Made by a program: the position numbers and the translations under genes. The notes beneath the pieces were generated by a model, which ran no database searches, was not told where the DNA came from, and worked only from the letters and a program-made list of their open reading frames with translations. A stretch of DNA of 64,000 nucleotides from Cyanophora paradoxa CCMP329 (taxonomy: Eukaryota > Plantae > Glaucophyta), in NCBI GenBank assembly GCA_004431415.1, contig QPMI01000246.1, positions 1-64,000 on the forward strand, given 5' to 3'. Shown here one piece after another: positions 12,101 through 24,587 of the stretch; the stretch's first letter is position 1, and each line of letters begins with the position of its first letter.

Positions 12101-13544
12101 AGGGCCCCGGCAGGTTTCGATCCGGGAGTTCGTGGCGATGTTCGAAGACCTGGGGCTCCTGAGGGACCGCGCCCTCTCCCAGAAGGACGTCCAGGACGTG
12201 CGCTCGAGCCCCGGCGGGGCCTTACATATAATCTTTGGCCTGGCTGCTGGCTCCGACTCTGGGGGGCGCAGGCCTTCGCCACGGCGCAGGCAGACCCCGT
12301 CATCGACGACGGTGCTTAAGCTTCCCCCCGCCCTCCATCCCCGGGCCCTCGAGCCGGGGCCGAGCCCGTACCCCTCCCCCTCTCCCGCAGACGTGACGCA
12401 GGCGGACGACCACGGCGCCGACTGCATGGAGGAGCTCAACGCGGTCCGCCGGCGCCGTACCCCCCGCGCAAGGAATCGCGTGCCCCAAACGAGCGCGTAC
12501 CCGTTCCGCAGGTCGAGTTCGAGGAGGCGATCATCCGATGCGCCGTCGCTCGCCACTGCGCCGAAAAGGATCTCCAGAGCGAGCCGATGACGTCACGGGC
12601 CGGCGCCCCCTTCACAAGTCGCTCCTTTGCCGCCAAGGTTCGTATATATATATATATGTGCTTTTCTCCTTCTGTTCCTTTCTTTCTAACTTCGTCGCGC
12701 GCAGAGCTTCAGATCGATCCGTTCGCTCAGCTCGAGGCTGCGGGTGCCGGATCCGGAGGACGAGGGGTACCGGTACCAAGAGCCTGACGGGGCCTCCCCG
12801 GGCCCCGTACGCGTACCCCCCGCGGGACCGGGGCCCCCGGGGTCGGACGGGGAGGACGGAGGGGAAGGGGGGGAGGAAGGGGACGGGGGTACGGGGATGC
12901 CGCCCGAGGAGGTCGCCCTTGCCGTCGCCCGCTTCTTCGAGGTGCGCACTTCACATTACAATATTTAATGATACATAGCGACAACTTTCGAGCTTTAAAT
13001 TTTGGGGGTTGAAACGCTGTAGCTGATTATGTAATTATAGCCCTCGCACGTGCACGTGCAGTTTCAAAACTAAATGCGAATTCGAATTCGAATTTAGGGA
13101 GGCTTATCTAGATCTATTAAGATCTAGATCTTGATCATGAGCTTCTACTAGCCTTCTAGACCGTGAAATTGGCGCTCTACATCTAATTATAATTTACCCA
13201 ATTACCAAAAGGCTCTGCAAATGCAAATTATTGCAAATTGGAATCTAGGGAGGCTCCGCTTGAGCTTCTAGACCTCGAAATCGGCGCTCTATTTAATATT
13301 TACCTAATTACCAAAAGACTCTGGATCTAATCGCCCTCCTCACGTGCATGCGCTTGTGCAGGCGGTCGGGCGCTCGGGGACCTCGTCGCGATCGGGCGCG
13401 GGCGGGCGGTCCCGCGGCCGCCCCGCCACCTCGGGTGCCGCCGGGGTCGGCGTCGGGGCCGGTGGGGGGCCGGGCCCCCGGCCCCTCCTCGCGGCTCTTG
13501 CCGGCGCTTCGAAATCCCTCTCCCCTTCGCTCGGCCGGCGGTAG
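9129..13544 (+). CDS. Family A paralog 1, many-exon protein with repeated degenerate EF-hand/p25-like helical modules
   Basis: Exons PLRTIFRYYARLDG, EFDAFVTDCKII, VNLIFINANK, LPEFLN|AVVRLAEARY, IRLLFEKYC, EFVAMFEDLGLL, VEFEEAIIRCAVARH. All are conserved in the inverted copy at 36.6-40.7 kb. Ends KSLSPSLGRR*. Confidence 0.75.
13095..13325. repeat. Tandem duplication (about 150-bp period) inside the last intron of gene A
   Basis: GGGAGGCT...GAGCTTCTA...GAAATYGGCGCTCTA...TTTACCYAATTACCAAAAGRCTCTG occurs twice and is absent from the equivalent short intron of A'. Confidence 0.8.
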
Positions 13545-14589
13545 TCCCGGCGGTTGCACACACGTGCCCTGCAGTTGCAGCTGCTGCGCGTGCTTTTCAT
13601 CTCGGCTGCACATGCTCTAATATGAAATGCACTTCCAGCTCTAGCGCAGAGTGGACGCAGGGAGGGGGGAGATGAAGCAAAGTAAAGCCTAGGTGTGGTG
13701 AGGCGTGGGTGGTGGTGAGGGAGGGGAGGGAGGGGGGAGGGGAGGCGGGGGGGGGGGGGAAGGGAGAGGTAGGGGGGCCGGGGGGGGGGGGCGGGGGGGG
13801 GGGGGGGGGGGCGGTTGGGCTTGCCTGCTAGCCATGGCCGAGGGAAAATTTAATTTGAGATAGCGCAGGATCCGGAGCCTAGGGTATTTTTGGAAAGTCA
13901 TCTTAGAGCTCGAGAGCCACGTGCCCGACGCCCGCACTGCGTTTCCAATCTGCGTAATATTTAATCAAGGCAGCTCTAAGGCAGCCTAGGCCTGGCAGTA
14001 TAATCATATGTTTTTTTGTGGTGAATAACCAGTGGCAGTACTAGTATAATCATATGACCGTATGCGTGCTTCAAAAAGTATTTAACTTTGTACATGCAAG
14101 GTCGATCATGCTTCCGCTTTGTCCACCGCTTCCACTTCTTTGTCGCGTATGCAAGCGGAAGTGGTATGCAATAATATTAATGATCCCATTGCATCTGCCC
14201 TCGTGGTTGCTGTAGGTTTCGAGTTTTCTCCTGAATTCACTGAGTCATGAAGCTCAGCGGCTTAGATTCGAGCTTGGTTTTCGAAGACAGGTTTTCGACA
14301 ATTCGACGCCTAGAATCGTCGTTAATATTGAAGGCGTCCCACGGTAGTACCAGCGGCTGGGTTCTAATTTTTTGGCGCCGGATACCCCCCCCCCCCCTCC
14401 CCCCCATGCGGCGCAGGTCCGGCTCACTGGCCACACATTTTTCTTTGTACGAGTGACTCGTCAGTGAACCGAAATTCCCACTAAGTGAGTGGAGTGAGAC
14501 CCTCGAGTCGGGCCTCGACCCGGCCCTCCCGGAGTCCGCCGCCGGGGCCTCCGGTCCACTGGTCTCACTGGTGACTGGAGTGTGACTGG

Positions 14590-15451
14590 ACCCAGCCCTA
14601 CCCGGGAAGTATACGGGGGAACGGCGGGGTTCGCCGGGGCCCGGGAGACGGTGGGAGTCCGCCTCACAGTCCGGGACTTCCGAAGTTCCGAAAAAGTTCG
14701 CCCTACCGTAGTCTCTAAAAAAATTGTAAAAAATTAAAAACATCGTAGTCTCGGGACTCTCGAGCTCGGGAGTCGGGAACTTCGAAATTCGGAAATAATT
14801 GTAGAACGTGTTCGCGGAACTTTGAAGTTCAACTGGGGGCCCGGGGGGCCGGCGGGGGCCGGGGGCCCGGCGGGCCGCGGCCCGCGGGGGGCCGGGGGCC
14901 GGGGCCCGGGCCCCGGGGGCCGGGGTCCGGGGCCCGGCCGCCCGGGCCGTCGATCCGACCGTCGGACGGTCGATCGCGATTCGGATCATCCGACTCTGAT
15001 GATCGGATCATGAATCATGATCCGAGTCATCGCGATCGGACTCCCGAGTCTAAAAAATTGTAAAAAATTAAAAACAATCGTAGTCTCGGGGACTCTCGGG
15101 AACTTCGAAATTCGGAAATAATTATATAATTGTATTAATATTTGTTTTGAGAGACTACGGACACAGCTCGTTTTTTTTCTAAATCGACTCGACATGCCCG
15201 TTCTATGGGCAAGGGTAGCCGGCGATCGCGATAACTTTTCACCCGTCGCAGCACGGCTAGTCTCCTCGCAGCATGTTGTAGCCGGCAAGCTAGCGGGTAG
15301 AATGGTGCTAGCCCGGTCCCAGCCAACCCAATACCCGAAGAGCGATTTCACTTTACCCGGATTTCAGCCGTGTTGGGTCGACCGGTAAAAAAAACGAGCT
15401 GTGGGAAGGGCGAATTCGAAGTTTCGAACCCCCCGTATACGTAGCCTGGGC
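14590..15451. mobile_element. Non-autonomous inverted-repeat element with internal direct repeats; host of the CACAG MITE
   Basis: CCCAGCCCTAC..GTATACGGGGG and TTCGCCCTACCGTAGTCTCT on the left pair with AGAGACTACGGA/AGGGCGAA and CCCCCGTATACGTAGCCTGGG on the right. Direct repeat AAAAATTGTAAAAAATTAAAAAC..GTAGTCTCGGG..GGAACTTCGAAATTCGGAAATAATT at about 14720 and 15052. A related fragment lies at about 48450-48515. Confidence 0.6.
15162..15403. mobile_element. 242-bp MITE with CACAGCTCGTTTTTTT terminal inverted repeats and a 3-bp GGA target-site duplication (CMC/CACTA-Chapaev-like)
   Basis: Perfect 16-bp TIRs flanked by GGA on both sides. The empty-site paralog at about 14697-14720 (reverse complement AGAGACTACGGTAGGGCGAA) carries a single trimer. 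Confidence 0.9.
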
Positions 15452-16462
15452 CGTATACGTATACGTAGGTGTAGAACGTGTTCGCGGAACTTTGACTCAG
15501 TGAAGTTCAACACACACACATATACTCAGTATATAATAATGACACGCATGCACATATATAATGATGTTCATAATGATCATGCCATGATGATGATGTCAAC
15601 ACTTGGTGTTTATTTGGCCGGTGTCTAGAGACTGTGGCCGGTAATTCACCAAAAAACAATTAAATTGGTGTTTATTTGATCACATACGTATACAGTATAT
15701 ATAATGCTGTTCATAATTTTCATAGCAAAATCATGAAATTGCAAGCATTAATTATAATTATATAAATTGCGCATGCAGGCTTATTTGCAGCGCTAGGCTC
15801 GCGGCCGCTCGCCGCTAGATCATCGATATCGGATAGCGGCCGGCGGCGCCGCGCTCGCGCGCTGGTGCCAATTTTAATTTAATTTCACTGCCAAATCGCT
15901 GGCAAGCAGCTAGTGGCAACTTTAATATTAATGCACTAATTGCAGCCTAATGAATTTTTTTTTTTAAGATCTACGGCGGGCGTACCCACTCGTAGTACAC
16001 AACGAGGATACAAGTCACGGTATCAGGAATCACGGGGATTCGAAGTACAACGAAGCGGAAACAGTAGGAACCGAACCCGGAAATCCGGGAGGTCGTAGCA
16101 CGACCTTGTACCACTGATGAATTTGCAGGAAGGCGATTTGTAGCCGTAAATTGCCCGTAATTGCAGGAAATTGCTTGCAATTGGCCGCAAGTTGGGCGGA
16201 TGTAAACGCTCATGAAAGTTGGCGGTATCCCCCGTACTATCCCCCACCGAAGCGGCGTGCGCAGGAGGCGCCGGCGTCGGAGCATGCACGTGGCGGCTCT
16301 AGATCTAGGCTTGTGCTTACCAGCAGCAGCTTGCCAGCAGCTAACTTAGCTAGCAGCTTCCGCGCTGGATGCGCTAGCGCTTTCGAAGTTAAGGGCTCTT
16401 GCTAGCGCTGCATACGCGGCGAGTGTGCAGCCTGGCAGGCCGTCAATCGCATCGCCAGACAG

Positions 16463-18686
16463 ATGAGCTCCAGCGCGAGAGTCCTCTCGCCCGAAACCAG
16501 CCTCGGCATAGGATCAAGCTCCGGAAGCCCGCGCGAGCGGATCTCGCTGCAGCTGGTTCAGTGGGCGGCAAACTCTTCTCCAGCTGGCAATTGCAACGTG
16601 CACGTGAATATTATGGGCACCCTGCGGCTTGGCGACCTTCTCCAGGGGCGCTCTCTCCGCAGCCACGTGCACATGCATGCGCATTCGAGCCGCCATGGGC
16701 GACAGCGCACGTCTAGATCTAGATCCCCGCCGCCGCCAGCTGCCGATGACCTCGGCAAGCGCACCAAGGCCCCTCCATCGGCCGCGGCTGTCCTGGACTG
16801 CGATGCATGCGCAGGTGCGATTCTCCTCTACATCTAGATCTGCAGCTGCAGCTGCAATACAAGCACATGTACAATATACAATATAATATAAATGATATAT
16901 AGCACATGTACATGTACAATACAATATAAATGATAATGAAATACATCACCGTCCGCGGGCTCACTCGCACGCGCACACGCGCATGCGCAGCTGCAGGTTC
17001 TGTCGAGTTCGCGCCCGCGCGGGTCGCGGGGCCGGTGTCTCTGCAGCCGCAAACGCTCGCGGCGGCTTCGGAAGCCCTCGAGCTCTCAATCGAGCTGCCG
17101 CCGGCCGCGGCCGCCGGCGCCTTTGGTTCGACCGGCTTCCGCATGCGCCGAAGACGGTCCAGCGCAGGCTCCGACGACAGCGCCAGCGCCAACACCGCCT
17201 CGGGCCCCCCGTCCCTCTCGACGCCCTCGCACTCCAGCTGTGAGGATCTCGAAGCACAAGGGGCGTGCGTCACGGTCGGCGACGTCGTCGCGTCGCTTCT
17301 CAAATCGAAGGCGGTGCTGCGCATCGCGGACGAGGTGCGCGCCCTTCTATATACCCTTGAAACCCTAATTATAGCTCAACTTTCACCATAATCATTCCCT
17401 GCCGTGATTCTTGTCGGCAGATCTGGGAAGCGATGCACGCGAACGGCCAGCCGAAGACGCCGTCCGCTTGGAATTCCTCGCTGCGCCTGCAGCCCCCCGG
17501 ACCCGGATCCACAATATCAATTGCCTCTACCGGCCCGGAGGACGACCTGCTCGATTACGACCGCTACATGAGGATGCACTTTGCCATCCAGGTCCGCGTC
17601 GACGTCCTTGAATCTTTAGTCAAATCTATGTATAGAAAAGCTCATCATCGAATTCGAATCAAAGCCGACTCGGCGTTCATATATGCATGGAAGCCCTATT
17701 CGAATTTCTGACAACAAATATAACAAAAATAGTGCCACGGTGCTTTAGAACTTCAGTCTTTCGGTTTTCAGAATTCAAATCGAAGCTGATCATGGAAGAC
17801 TGATTCGAATTCCCTGATCATGACAAACCCTATGTATTCCGCAGCGGGCGCTGATGCCGTCGCTGTACGGGCCCGACGCCGCGATTCGCGCCAAGCGGGA
17901 CTGGGAGTGCGACCGGCAGGGCGAGAGGGGCGTCGCCCGCTCCCGCTTTCGAGACAGCATCCTCCACATCGCAGCGACGAGGGGCCTCTCGTGCGTCTCT
18001 CCACCGGGGCAGTGCAGCCCGAAGGACGTTCCGTTAGTCATTCAGAGGTGCAGCCGCTGAGCTATCCATTCACATCGAAGAACTAGTCCTGCCTCGCGCT
18101 CGGTTGGAGTTAACTTGAATTTTCCGCTCGCAGGTCGGTCGCATTCTTCTACGCGTTCTGCAACGCCATCACGACCATCGACGCCCGAACCGGCGCGAAG
18201 CGGCTGTGCACGTCCTCCGGTGCGCCGGGCGCCCACCACTCGACTAGATCTGTACACCTGTTAAATACTGTTAAATATGCATGATCAGAATTCCCTGATT
18301 AGTATTTCCGTTGTTTCTCCTCATTTCCGTTGTTTTCAGAGGTCCCCCCGGATTTCTGGCAGCTCTTCTCGGACTCTGCCCAGGTCGCCCGCCTCCCGGA
18401 CCCGCCCGCCGAGGCCCTGGAGGACGGGCCCGATCGCGAGGGCCGGCCCGCCCCACGGCCAACGACGCCCCTCGAGCTCCCCTCCCGCCTCGAGCCGGGC
18501 CGGGATCGCGATCGCGACCGCGAGGCGGGGGAGCCGCGGCTGCCGCGGGCGACGGCGGCGGCCCTGCGGCGGACGGGGGCCGACCTCGCGTGGCTCGCCG
18601 TCCAGAACCGCCTCGCCCGCCGCCTCCGCAGCTTCGGCGCCGTCGGCTCCAGCCCTTCCTTCGAATTCGCTACTTTCTATTGCTGA
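16463..18686 (+). CDS. Family B paralog 2 (B); start uncertain
   Basis: PSLSTPSHSSCEDLE..VASLLKSKAVLRIADE, LLDYDRYMRMHFAIQ, AKRDWECDRQGERGVARSRFRDSILHIAATRGL, DLAWLAVQNRLARRLRSFG; exon structure collinear with B'. Confidence 0.7.
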
Positions 18687-20107
18687 ACTACAACAGCTTG
18701 TTTATGTATTTGAGTTAGCTTTTCTGTCCTTTCTATTTCGGCGCGGCCCTATTGTCGTTTATTATTTGAGTTAGCTTGTACAGTCTCGAGCTTGCCGTCG
18801 ATCCGATCCTCGTTTTCGGGTTTATTCAATGATTCAGCACAGCATTAATATTGTTCGCAGAATTGAAGCAGAAGTAGATATTCATGATGATCATGACATG
18901 TGCAGTTCTTATCGCGAGGTATCTATGTAGTTTTTATGCTCTGCAGATGAAAGAACTAGTGTACAAATCTAGAACAGTTTAAGACGCTCAAACTTAAGCT
19001 TGGAAATCATCCATCAGTCCAGTTGAAGGCAAGTTATCGACGTTATATTATGGATCATGATCGGATCAGTGTCAGTGTCAGTGCAGTGTACATATGCACC
19101 TTGCATTGCAGTGGTTTCGTAGTTTAACGAAGCTTAAGCATTAGCCCTAGCTATATATAGTAGAGCGTAGCGTACTGGAAGAAATTTCTTTCCGCATGCG
19201 CGCGCATGCCGCAGTGTGCCATGATGCGTACATGTACAGGTCGCGATCGAATTCGAAGCCTGAATTCGAACTCGAAGCAAATCGATCTGAACGGTACCGG
19301 TATATACTATGATACGCACGATAGCAAGCACATGATCGATATCGTCGAGCACGCGGATCCGGTCCGAAATTCGAAACGAAGAATTCGAATTCGAATTCGA
19401 ATTTAATCAGCAAGGCGCAGGCGGCAGGCCCTGCCACTGCTGGGCCACTGGGCCAGGCCAGGCCAGGCCGCTGGCCCGGGCCGGCCGGCGCCGCGGGCGC
19501 CGGCGGGCCCGACGTCGACCCGGGACCGGCAGGCTGGTATGCCATGATGTGCACTAGCTGCGGCAGGTGCGGTGCCCGCGGCCGGCCCGGCGCGGCGCGC
19601 GGGCCCGCGGCCGGCCCGCCCGCGGCCCCGGGCCCCGGCCCCCGGGCCGCGCCCGGCCCCGCGGGCTTGTGGGGAGTCGGGGTCGACGGGCCGGCGCCGG
19701 CGCCGTTCCGGATCCGGAAACGGGACCGGATCGGAATCCTACTTCAACTCGGCGAGGCCAATCGGTGAGCGTACCCCCCTTTCTTTGCAAGTGCTGCTCA
19801 AGCTTGAAGTGCAGCACCTCCGAGCTCGCTCGGCGCGCGGCGAGTCGGCGCCGACCACCGTGTTCCGAATTCTACGGCTTCTTCGGCCGGGCAGCTCTAG
19901 CAGCTTCATCACAATCAGCGCACTCCGCACGTTGTATAAGCTCGGCGTGGTTGCATCCCACGAACCGGAGTCCTCGCTTGTCTTCAGCTTGTATGTGTCT
20001 CTAAGTGCATGTCAGTCTAGCTATAGGTCTGCAGCGGTTCTCTAAGTTCCGGCCCGGTTGGCCATAGGGTGGAATGCCCAGAAGAAGGGCTCCCTGGATC
20101 CCCGCCG

Positions 20108-23100
20108 ATGCATCCACGCATCGTGCCGCTGCAACTGTCGCTGCATGCACCGAGCGAGGAGGTGCGCGTTGCCCATGGCCACGCCGTGGCGCAAGCGATG
20201 CCTTCCCAGCCGTGCGTTACACGCTTGCTGATCATGACTCCCCCCCGTCCGCGCGTGCAGCGGCAGGCGGCCGCTCTCGTTCCTCTAGATCTGGATGACG
20301 CATGCGCAATCACAACGCCATCCGCCGCTGCGCATGCGGGACACGGACGCGGACACGGGCACTTGCGCGCGCGGCGGCGGAGCGAGTCGCGCGCCGGCCC
20401 CGGGCCGCCGCCGGGCCCCGCCGGCCCCGCCGGCGCCGTCGCCGGCGCCACTTCGACCGCCGACGCTCTGGGGCTCGCGCCCCCAGAGGAGTCCCGAGCG
20501 TTCTGGCGGCTCGTGCGGCGCGCGTTCGAGTCGAAGTCCAGTGCACGCGCCTCGCCGTCGCGGGACGCCGGCGCGGGCGCCGGCGGTTTCTGGGCCAACG
20601 CGCGGGCCCTGGCGCTGGTCACGGCGGGCCCCGCCGCGACCGCCGCCCTCCAGTTCGGCCTCCCCTACCACTCCGTACCCCACCGGGTCGCCCGGGCGTT
20701 CGTCTTCGCGTTCGTCGGGTCGATCGGCGCATCCTCCAATGCTTCCGTCTGGTTCTCCCTGCTCCTCCACGCCCCCCTCCGGCGCGTCGTACCCTCCTAC
20801 ATGGCCCTGTTTCTCGTCCTGGGGCCGTCCCTCTTTGCGGCCTCAAACGCCGTCGTGGACCGTGCGCGCCCGCGCGCACGCGCCGCCCGCACGCGCAATT
20901 AAAACGAGCCGAGCGGATCCGGAGCCGAACGAACGAACGAGCGCTGACTTCCGTCTTGACGCAGTGACGCACGTGCCGTTCGGCTACGTAGCCAGCCTTG
21001 TCTTCATCGTGCTGGCGAATCAGATCTGCGCCCGCCTGCACGCCCGCGTCATCGCCAGGCGCCGCGCCACCGCCGCCTCCGCCTCGGTCTTTGCCGTCGA
21101 CGTCGTCACTGCAGAGGCGGCCGCGGGCGGCGCCGCCGGCAGCGCTAGCGCGGCGGCGGCGGCGGCGGCGTCGGCGGCCCCCGTCCCCGCCCGCGCCCTC
21201 TCCACTTTCGGCAAGTTTCAGGTCCGTATCAGATCGGATCAGATCTGATCCGATCCGACCTCACCTGATCTGATCTGATCCGATCTCACCTGATCTGATC
21301 CGGGCAGACGCTGAACATGTGCATTGTTTTCGTCCTGTTCGGGTACCTCTTCCTCTTCTCCGTCGTACGCTCTTCCGTCGCCCAGGCTCGCCCTACCCCC
21401 CCCCCCCCCCCGTTCCCGCCCCACCCCCTCCCACTCCCCCCCCCTCCTCCCCCAATCCTCCCCGTCTTCCCGCCGCACCTTCCGTTCACGTATGGCTGTA
21501 AAGTCTTTTCACCCCCATCCTCCCTCCTCCTGCTCCCCCCCTCCCCCCCCCCCCCCCCCCAACCTCCTCCACCCCCCTCCTTCAACTGGATTCGGCTCCG
21601 GCCCTGTTCCCCTCCCTCGCGGGCCCCGCCTTATTCCCCTCCCGCTTCCCCCTTGCACCGAATTCCCCCCCCTCCCGCCCCCCTCCCCCTCCCCCCCACC
21701 CGGCCCACCAACCTCACCGTCTTCCTGCACCGCCTTCCGTTCACGTGTGGCTGTAAAGTCCTCTAACCTCCGGCCTCCCCCCTCCCCCTTCCCTCCCCCT
21801 TCCCCCCCTCCCCCACTGGATCCGGCTCCGGCCTTGTTCCCGCCGCACCCCCGCCCCGAACGGCCCGCCTTTGCTCCCCCATCACTTCCTCCCCCCGCCC
21901 CGCCCCGTCGCATCGTCGCGAACCCCCCCCCCCTTCGCTCCCCTCCCTAAGCCTTCCCGCAACCCCCACCCCGCATCCAGCCCCCCCGCGGCCGCCGCCA
22001 CCCCGTCCCCCCTTCCCTGCCCCTCCAGCCAGCTAGGCCCAAGCTTCCTTCCTACAGAGGGAGCCCTAGAGGATCGCCCCCGAGGATCGCCCCCTAGGCT
22101 TTCTATACGCGACCAATTAGGCAGCCCGAGAGAGTCGCTTATATATTCGCGCGGCAGGTCCTTATCAACGCGACCAACTCGTCCGTCTGCTTCCTCCTCG
22201 TCCTCCTCCAGGTGTGGGCGGAGGGATATACAGATAGACAGATAAATGAAGACCTTATAAAATTACTACGTTATCTTGTCACCTATCATTATCGCCTTCT
22301 TATCAACTCGCTGGCTCGGTCTGCCTCCTCATCATATGCGTTCCGCCGCCGCAGCTGCGGGCCTTCGGACGGCCCCTCGCCGCCGCCCTGCCCCACGGGG
22401 ATGCCGCAGTCCTGTACGCCCTCACCATGCTGTGCGCGCATACCCCCCGACCCTCCTCCTCCTCCCCGTCTCCCCTTTTCGAACCGCGTACCCCCCTCCC
22501 CGCAGCCTCTGCGTGCGGGTCTTCCGGCAGCTCGCCTTCTTCCAGGTACCCCCTTCCTCGCCCTCCCCCCTCCCAATGCCTTGGAGTAATTTTCGCTCGT
22601 CCACAGGTCCAGTCCGTGGCTGTGTACGTCGCGTCTCTGGCCTCGGACCTGGCGACGCTCCTGCTCCCGTCCTCGCTCCTCCTGCGCCGTGTGGCCCGGC
22701 CCTTCGCCCGCCGCGCCGCCGCCTTCCTCTCCCGCCGCTCGCGGGCGGCGACCGCGGCCGTCGCTCCGGAGGAGGCGGAGGCGGGGGCGGGGGCGGAGGA
22801 TGGGGAGGGGAAGGGCGGGGCGGGGGCGCGGCCCGCGCCCGAGCCGCCCACTTCTTCTCATCGGTCTCCTTCTTCACCCCCCTCCTCCGCCCCCGCCCCC
22901 GCCGCGTCGGCCGCAGCGCCCTCCTCCTCGGACCACGAAGCAGGCCCAGCGACCCCCGGCTCGAGCGCGCGGCGGGGAAAGGACGCGCCAGCCGCCGGCC
23001 CAGCCGCAGCCGCAGCCGGCGCAGAGGTCCGGTGCCTCGACGGGGAGGAGGAGGAGGGGGCGGCGGCGGGGGGCCCAGGGCCGGACGAGGAAGAGGAGGG

Positions 23101-24587
23101 GGCGGGGGCGGGGGAGGCGCCGGAGGGCCCGGCCGGCGGGCCCACCATCGTCTTCGACGAGGACCTGTGGGTCTTCAACGTCCAGAGCGGCATCAGGCGC
23201 GTGGTTTTGATTTCGAGATGCGATCTCGCGTTCGTTCATTAGATTCATGGAGGAGCTTATTTATAAGGACGCATTATATTCATTAAATTCATGGCCACAT
23301 TGGATGAGGGCCTCCTAACCGCACAGCGGATCGCTGCGCATCTAAATTCGATCCGCGAATTCGAAGTCTTAAGCTTCGTTCGCAGGTCGATGCTGCTGTG
23401 GCACGCGGTGATCTCGTGGGCGGCCACCGCGACCTTCATCGCGACGGTGCGCAGATCCAAAGGCGCTGTGTTAGATCCAAACGCTCTGTCAGATACTTCA
23501 CTTCTAATCACCTCTCTCTTATAATCTCTTAGATAATCCTAAACGTCTCTCTTATGATCACCTACGTAGACAATTCGATTCAGTTATGACTTTCAAAGTG
23601 GATAGGACTTCGAATTCTGATTGTGACTCCGACTCCTGTTCTCCGCCGCAGGTGCTCGTGGCGCGCTGGGGCCCCGGGGCCGCCTCGTTCCCCTACTCCC
23701 GCGCCACCTTCGACGACGCGGCGTGCGCCCCGTGATCGGCGCCCACTTTACGTAATCTAATAAAGCTAATGAGGCCAATTATAAATCTAGAAGAAGACTG
23801 TTAAAGGAGATCTAGAAGGGCTGGAGGTCTATGACGATGACGCGTGCGACCCGGCGCTCGCCTTCCATATTTAACAGGAATAAACAGGACAATAAAGCTA
23901 ACCCATGATCAAATTTATACGTAAACAAGACCGTTAAAGTTCAGCAATAATAGAAAGAAGCGAAAGAAGGGCGGGAGCCAAGGGCGCCGAATTTCGAAGC
24001 TTAAGCGTAAGCTGCGGAGGACAGGTGCTCCTCGGCGCTCACCATCTCGCTCCTCGCCCCTCGCCGCAGGCGAAACACCATGATATATATATAGGGCCGC
24101 GCCGGAATAAACAGGACGATAAACTTTCGAAAGCTAAATCAAACGCGTTTACAAGACCGTTAAAGTTCATCGGCAGGTGCGCCTCGGCGCTGACCTTCTC
24201 GCTCCTCACCGCCGGTGTCAACGGCGCCGTGGTCGCCGGCCTCCACGCCGCCGGCCTCCTCTTCCCGCGCCTGAGAGACCGCCTCGCCCTCACCGCCTCC
24301 TGGCGATTCCTGCGGTGCCGCCTTCCCCGCCCCCCTTCCCTGTACCCCCCATCGATTCTTTCCCTACCTCCTTGCAGAGAGCACGCGGCGACGCTGGCCC
24401 TGAACTTCTCCTCGTGCTCCTCCGTCGCCTTTCTCGCGCTCTACCGCCAGGCGCGTACCCCCCTGCATATGCATCTACCCCCCCCCCCCCCTCGGTCCCG
24501 CTGGCCGACCAGCGTCGCCGACAGGCGAACCTCTACTACTTCGTCTTCCCGGAGTCGTACCCCCCCGACGCCCCGGGCTCCGCCTAG
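20108..24587 (+). CDS. Multi-pass membrane protein of unknown function (spliced)
   Basis: Many hydrophobic exon segments: AFVFAFVGSIGA, YMALFLVLGPSLFAA, FGYVASLVFIVLA, MCIVFVLFGYLFLFSVV, VAVYVASLASDLATLLL, LLWHAVISWAATATFIATV, LTFSLLTAGVNGAVVAGL. Ends ANLYYFVFPESYPPDAPGSA*. Confidence 0.65.
21455..21842. repeat. Intronic direct repeat, two copies of about 130-150 bp, embedded in poly-C
   Basis: CCGTCTTCC...CCTTCCGTTCACGTRTGGCTGTAAAGTC...ACTGGATYCGGCTCCGGCCYTGTTCC at about 21462 and 21717. Confidence 0.85.
23790..24170 (-). repeat. Inverted degenerate copies of the 3' end and 3' flank of gene B inside an intron of the membrane gene
   Basis: 23876-24020 and 24091-24170 align with the reverse complement of about 18625-18752 (ATAGGGCCGCGCCG.AATA..AGGAC..AAAGCTAA..TAAACAAG..AGTTCAGCAATA..GAAGGGC.GGAGCC..GGCGCCGAA..AAGCTGCGGAG). 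Confidence 0.75.

Noticed and set aside
15162-15200. RAG recombination-signal-like end (CACAG...)
   Set aside because: Only the first five bases match CACAGTG, there is no nonamer at 12/23 spacing, and the TSD is 3 bp rather than 5 bp.
15971-16237. Possible small MITE (TACGGCGGGCGTACC ... GGTATCCCCCGTA)
   Set aside because: The terminal match is short and imperfect, and there is no second copy in the window.
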